NCBI GenBank assembly: GCA_043228905.1
Contig: JBHGNT010000849.1
Coordinates: 1 to 14,667 of the forward strand
DNA from: Azolla caroliniana
Taxonomy: Eukaryota > Plantae > Polypodiophyta
Direction of reading: 5' to 3'
Length of the DNA: 14,667 nt
This document shows positions 9,036 to 14,667 of this stretch, one piece after another; the first letter of the stretch is position 1, and each line of letters begins with the position of its first letter. The translations under genes were made by a program, and so were the position numbers. Below the pieces are notes generated by a model that was not told the DNA's origin, searched no databases, and saw only the letters and a program-made list of their open reading frames with translations.

Positions 9036-12000
9036 ATGGCTCTCCTGTGCAGAGCTTCACCTGTTGATAAACATTGCTCTAGAAGATATTTTGCAACTCT
9101 CCCTTCTTCCCACCGTCTCCATCTCCACCTCCTTCGCCTTCCCTCTCCACAGTCCTACTTTTTCGGTTCAAGTAAGTTTAGATCAATCTTATTTGGGTTT
9201 TTGCTTATGTGATAATGGATTTTTGATCAGTTTGAAAGAGATTATTGTTTTTAAATGGGAAAATGAGAAATTGGATACAGGTTAAGTTTTCCCGTATTGC
9301 AAATTGTTCATATGAATAAAGAAGTTATTTTGAGCATTTGGCAAATTAAAAATTTAAGCAATTTAGAGAAAGGGAATCTAAGGATTTGAAAGGAAATTTT
9401 AAGAATGCAATGTGTGAGAATTCGAGTATGTGAATCTAAGGATTGGCGCTCATAAAGATCAACCGAAAATCTTCATAGTCATATAAATATAAACTACACG
9501 GTATTGAGCCTCACAGTAGATCTAGAAACGATAATTTTCTTCATGCCAACCATGATTATACAGAATTTAAGCATGTGTACTGTTATTACTTTCACGGCAC
9601 AATTTAAGCTTTTGAACGAGCATATGAATAGGACCGTTTGAGCATTTGAAGAGAAAATTTTAAGCATTTGGAATAGGATTTTAAGCGTTGGAAAAGGAAA
9701 TCTAAGAGTGCAACAAATCAGGTGTCCCATTGCCACGTTTGTATCGATGCAGTAGAAGGATTTGTCCAGTTTCTTCTTCTTCTTCTTCCTTGTCTGGTCA
9801 GAATGGAGGAGAACTACCTAAAGAAAAGGTGCCTTGGATCTGTCTTTTTGTCCATACAAGCTGTTTCCTTTTAGGTTCCCACTTTTACTTACTTTGTCAG
9901 ATGCTGCCTCTTGAGAATGGTGCTTTTACTCATTGAAATAGCAACCCTAAGGTAACAACATCAACTGCCTTTGTTTATATTCAATTCCGTTTGCAATGTG
10001 TGTGTAAATCTATGGTTTGGATGAATGTACGAGCTGTTAAAAACCCATACGATGAAAATACGAGCTCCTCTATTACATCATAGAGCAATGAACTTATAGT
10101 TCCCAGTATAACGTTCTTCAAGTACACATTGCAGAGAAAACTTTATTGAATATAACCAAAATGTTCAGTAAATTTAGTGGTGAATTGATCTTTGGTACCC
10201 CATAAGAGAGACGGAAGAATTGTGCACAAGTATCATACACAAATGCAGCACAACTATTCGTTTCATCCTTAAATATAGAGTTTGTGGCTGCATTTCAAAC
10301 AAAGCATTTCAAAGTTTTATTGATTTGTTAGAAGGGCATAAAGAGTCATATGATGGAAACCTTCATACAGTGAAGAACTATACATATAGACCTTTTAATA
10401 AAAATATCCATAAATAGAGATGTGCTGGATTTCATAGTCTCCATTTGTGGGTACCTCCTTCCTTGGTGGGACTAGGGATGACATCATACATCTTTGTTGC
10501 ATGCAGTGCATGTTTCTGTTTTCCTTCATATAGACAAAGAATGGTAATTTACTCTTATGTGAAGACATCCTGATACTGTGAATGCAGATGGGCTTCGAGG
10601 CTGACGTATCTATTTATGTGCTCCTTAAATCGGTCATATCTTCCTTGAAATCAGCTTCTGAGAGCAGTTGTTTGGGAAAGCTTTGATAATTTTATATTAT
10701 TATCCTACTTGTATAACAAGTTGATGTGCTGATCAAGAAAAAAGAAACAGATTTTTTTTTTCAAATTCTTTGTAGCAGAGGAGTTGCTTTATACAATATA
10801 TGTTTTGTCATTGCAGTCCAGAACTGATTTTGGCAGACTTTTGAAAGGACTCCAAATGGCAAAGCGTGGAATATTATCCAAAATGCAAGTTCTTTCCTTC
10901 CTCAAGTCATAATGGCAAGCACTGTACTGGCATTTGTGTTTCCACCTTGTTTTACATGGTTCACCAACAGGTTGATTTCTTCTATAACTTGGGATTTTGA
11001 AATTTCCTTTATGATTTTCCTTTTCTCACTCAAATTTACCATAACAAAACACAAGGTCGTATCAGTGTCTAGGAGAACCACCTGTTTTGGGACATGATTG
11101 GGAAGTTGATTGTAAGATGAAAGATGTTTACATATGATGCCAAGGAGATTATCTTAATAAAATGCAAGAACCCAAGTTTGATCCTCACATGGGCTAGGCC
11201 CCATCTCATAGATCGCAATTTGTCATCTATGGATATTAAAAATCAATCAATCAATTAATCAACCATGGCTTTTTCTGATAAAATCTTACCTGCATCTATA
11301 GTTGTGTGCTTTCATATTCCACAGAATCTCTTACTTGGTTTGCTTCATGGAAATATGCATGAAATATGTTATCAACTAGTTCATTTATTGTTGACTATAC
11401 TCTTTTAAAGAGCATTTTCTGAAAGATGCCAACATTTAATTGTCATAGCTTTTGAATAATACATTCACTTGAATCTCTTTAGCGAACTATCTTTGAAATT
11501 GTTTATCATATGGCATATTGCATCATGCTTCTAGAGAATTAATAGATCTGATGCGTATTTGTATACATGAGATAATGCCTTCTTACAGTATATGGTTGTG
11601 GTCAAGGTCATAAAAGAACGTGTGAAAGCATTCAATTGATTGAAAACTAGACACAAATGGTAGATTAACAACCTTCTAAATGGCCTTTATTCGGACTAGG
11701 AAGCAATATTGAGCCAGCTTGCAAAGTATTTTTCATCTGTTAAAATGATCTCCACAGGAATTTTTGGCACAGTTTAACTTTAAATATTTTAGTCAATAAA
11801 ATAAGCCTTCACATGGTGTTCATTGCAGATATTATGCACCAGCACTTGGATTCTTGATGTTTGCTGTAGGTATTAATTTTGAAGCATCAGATTTTATCCT
11901 CTCGTTGCAAAGACCGGGAGTGATAATGGTCGGGTACTTGGGTCAATTTATCTTAAAGCCATTACTTGGTGTTTTTTTTGCAAGTTTGGCAGTCTCTTAT

Positions 12001-13757
12001 TTGCATCTTCCACAAGCAATAGGTATGACTGTTATTCTGAAAACTAGAATGGTTATTGTTTTGGACCTTTTCCATCCCTCTGAGACATTTGAAAATGATG
12101 AAAATAGATTGCGAGTGTATAATAGCTTTTTGAATGTTCTGTTTATCTATGCATTGCAAACTGTGAAGACTGAGTGGGAAACAACAGATTATCACATAGA
12201 TATTTAGACTCCCTCTGCATATTAGAACCCACGTGTAAGGTGACTCAATATCCTATGCATCATATGGATTTTTTGTTTGTTTTCGTATTATGGTTCTACT
12301 TGGTAAGCCAAGATTTCAAGTCATGGACCTGGGTTCAAACCTTACTCTATGCACTACTTTACTAGATGATACTGGAATCTAGGTGTTGAAAACATGATCT
12401 TCTGGTCTCCGCCTACTGTACAAACTGAGGTTCATCCATCGTTGATATTTTGGTGGCCCCTTGCATCATTGAGAATGCAAAACAAATTGCCACTTGTATC
12501 CGTGTACATTTGGGAGTTTGTTACCTGTGGATTGATGTGTTTATATCTATGACATAATTTCATGCAGCCATCTCTTTGATTTCTTTCTTAGGCACATGTA
12601 GTTGTTTTGTTGACCTTTACGCAACATAGTAATTAACACAGGTACCCATTATGAAAAGAAAGAGAGAAATGAAATGAAACGCTATGAGGTCAGTGTTACA
12701 TCTGCGTGAATCTTATACAAGTCTGGTAAATTAAAGTCCAAAGTGGTCTATGAGGTCAATGTTACATCTGTGTGAATCTTATACAAGTCTGGTAACTTAA
12801 AGCAAAATCAAATCGTGCCTAAACTGGATATTACTTTATGTAATTAGCCTCTGATGAATAGACACTAATAAGGACTGCGGATTACAAAAATGTGGAGGAT
12901 GCAATGTACAAAATAAATACATATCTGTTAGATCCAGACTGTGAGTGGATCAACCATTAAACTCTCGCATTGGATGATGCCATATAACATGTCCTAGTGA
13001 ACCACCTGGGTGATCATTCTTGATATCAGTCAATGATGCTATGTATCCTCTGATGCAGGTTAAATCTGAAAAACTAAGTATCCTTGGCCATCTGGAATGA
13101 ACAAAATGGATTGTTGCCTCAAGCAATATCCAACTAGAAGGTGCTGATTATGCTTGGTCTGAGGTCTCTTGACATGACCATCTGGTGAAAACTAACATTT
13201 GCCTTTGTACAAGTTCTGTTGGCCGTTTATTCTTTAAGAGAGATTCTCTTAATCCACAGATCTCTAGTAAAACATCTCCAAACATCTGATAATAGAGCTG
13301 CTCTAAATCTTCTGACCCATATGAGACAGTGGAAGCTTCCTCGGAAGTGGTTTATGAGGCCAAATGTTATGTTGATGTGAATCATATAGAAGACTGGTAA
13401 AATAAAGCAGAGAGAGGAGAGGGAGGGAGAGAGAGCATGAATGCAGCGATTTTTCATGAAAAAAAAGAGACAGAAATAGAGAAATTTCTCTGCTTACATC
13501 TTAGGGACTGGGATAATTCTAGTTTCTTGCGTCAGTGGTGCACAGCTTTCTAATTATGCAACATTTTTGGTGGAGCCAACTATGGCTCCACTGAGTATTG
13601 TGATGACTTCTCTTTCAACAGCAACAGCTGTATTTGTGACGCCAGCTCTTACATCGGTACTGCTAGGGAAACGACTGCCAATAGATGCTTATGGAATGAT
13701 CATCAATATTACTCAGATTGTGGTGGGTCCTATTGCTGTTGGAATTGCGATAAACAA
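9036..13757 (+). CDS. BASS6: Probably plastid-targeted sodium/metabolite cotransporter, bile acid:sodium symporter family, BASS5/BASS6 clade; 3' exons not found in the window
   Basis: Exons: 9036-9171 (MALLCRASPVDKHCSRRYFATLPSSHRLHL..., transit-peptide-like), 9722-9828 (Ser/Arg-rich), 10837-10970 (...NASSFLPQVIMASTVLAFVFPPCFTWFTN), 11829-12022 (RYYAPALGFLMFAVGINFEASDFILSLQRPGVIMVGYLGQFILKPLLG...) and 13505-13757 (GTGIILVSCVSGAQLSNYATFLVEPTMAPLSIVMTSLSTATAVFVTP...GKRLPID...). All junctions are GT..AG with consistent phases (1,0,2,1,2). LVSCVSGAQLSNYATFL and APLSIVMTSLSTATAV match Arabidopsis BASS5/BASS6 as I recall them. The last three exons are secure; the first two are less so. BASS5 versus BASS6 orthology cannot be resolved by eye. 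Confidence 0.9.
9327..9716. repeat. Degenerate ~20-nt minisatellite in BASS intron 1
   Basis: About a dozen variants of aat(t/c)taagcatttg(g)aaagg. Exact aatctaaggatt occurs twice near 9375 and 9433. Block ~9329-9411 resembles block ~9637-9714. Confidence 0.6.
12682..12802. repeat. 55-bp tandem duplication (period 66) in BASS intron 4, with a third diverged copy at ~13353-13408
   Basis: ctatgaggtcagtgttacatctgcgtgaatcttatacaagtctggtaaattaaag (12682-12736) versus 12748-12802, three mismatches. Confidence 0.9.
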
Positions 13758-14667
13758 GTAAGTTCAGGGCCGTATAATGCTAACTTTTGGTCTTTAGTTG
13801 TATAACTAGACAAACTCTATTTTTCTCTTGATCTGAAGGGAGAAAACTTCAAAGTTTTTCCCATCTATTGGCAGATTTCCGTATCAAATATGTAAGCTAA
13901 TACTTTTTTTACCTGCAAATATTTTTTTTGCATTTTTAAAAGATATTTTCAATCTTCCATCCATGGATGATCTAGAGTTGAAATCATACCAGTTAGGACA
14001 ATGCCCAGCAAAATTTATGCTATGTTGTTCCCTCTCAACCTTTTTCCATGTTTTTTGAGATTGCTTCTCAGGATCCCTGTTTGCCAGTGCCAGACAAAAG
14101 CACACTAATCCACTGACGAAATGAATGATTTTGGTGCCAATGATATCAACTTTTCAGTCAGACTGTATCTTTCACACCAATCCCTCTAAAACCAACTGAT
14201 CAGATATGTATAATGTGAACTTTAGAACTGCTTTGGGATAGTCGTCAGACCCTTCATTGATCTTGTAAAGCCTAAATTTCTATTTGCCAAATGGTTTTGG
14301 AGGAAAGTGCTCCATTCATCACAATCTCTTGTTAGTGTGTCAAGACATGCTTAGATAACAAAAACATCATTCTAAAAGTCATTTCATAAGGTGTCATACA
14401 ATATGTACAACCGAAGTGAATGGAGGATTGAATATCATTCTTTGAAATAATCTTTTGGTACTTTTGTGAACCACAAAGGTCAATGGACCATATATCTAAA
14501 GAGTAGCATATGTTTCCTTAAATACTTCCTCTTGGCAAGTTTTTCTATTGGTTTTGTAGCCGTACTGTTAATTCTTATACAATGAGGCAGCATGTATTAC
14601 CTGGGCAACACATTGTGTTTAATGCTAGTTCTCTTGTGATTAGGATCCTATACGTTGACCCAACACT

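Noticed and set aside
12682-13408. Repeat-spacer pattern as a CRISPR-like array (also 1422-1508 and 2746-2806)
   Set aside because: There are only 2-3 units with irregular spacing, in a eukaryotic intron or intergenic context, with no cas genes.
13875-13891. AG..GTAAGC-bounded 17-nt segment (KFPYQI) as the next BASS exon
   Set aside because: It does not extend into the expected LFP...IRPFLP...GAPLA sequence, and the downstream acceptors I tried give stops. The true next exon is probably beyond the window.

Overview
Plant nuclear genomic DNA with spliceosomal GT-AG introns; the taxon cannot be fixed from this window. It holds three intron-containing genes. (1) A 1-Cys peroxiredoxin on the minus strand, running off the left edge. 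(2) A complete 447-aa translation elongation factor EF-1alpha on the minus strand, with a ~1.24-kb 5'-UTR intron and a telo-box/TATA promoter. (3) A divergently transcribed, probably plastid-targeted bile acid:sodium symporter of the BASS5/BASS6 clade on the plus strand, running off the right edge. The most unusual structure lies between the divergent EF1A and BASS promoters. Two 5'-truncated copies of one LINE family sit head-to-head, bracketed and separated by three copies of a 15-18 bp target sequence, which creates a ~99-bp inverted repeat. Other observations are a symmetric stop-containing 51-nt candidate cassette exon and an 18-nt candidate microexon in BASS intron 2, plus several local repeats. 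I found no RNA gene, CRISPR array or clearly new multi-gene system. All protein identifications are by eye from remembered family motifs; no searches were run.
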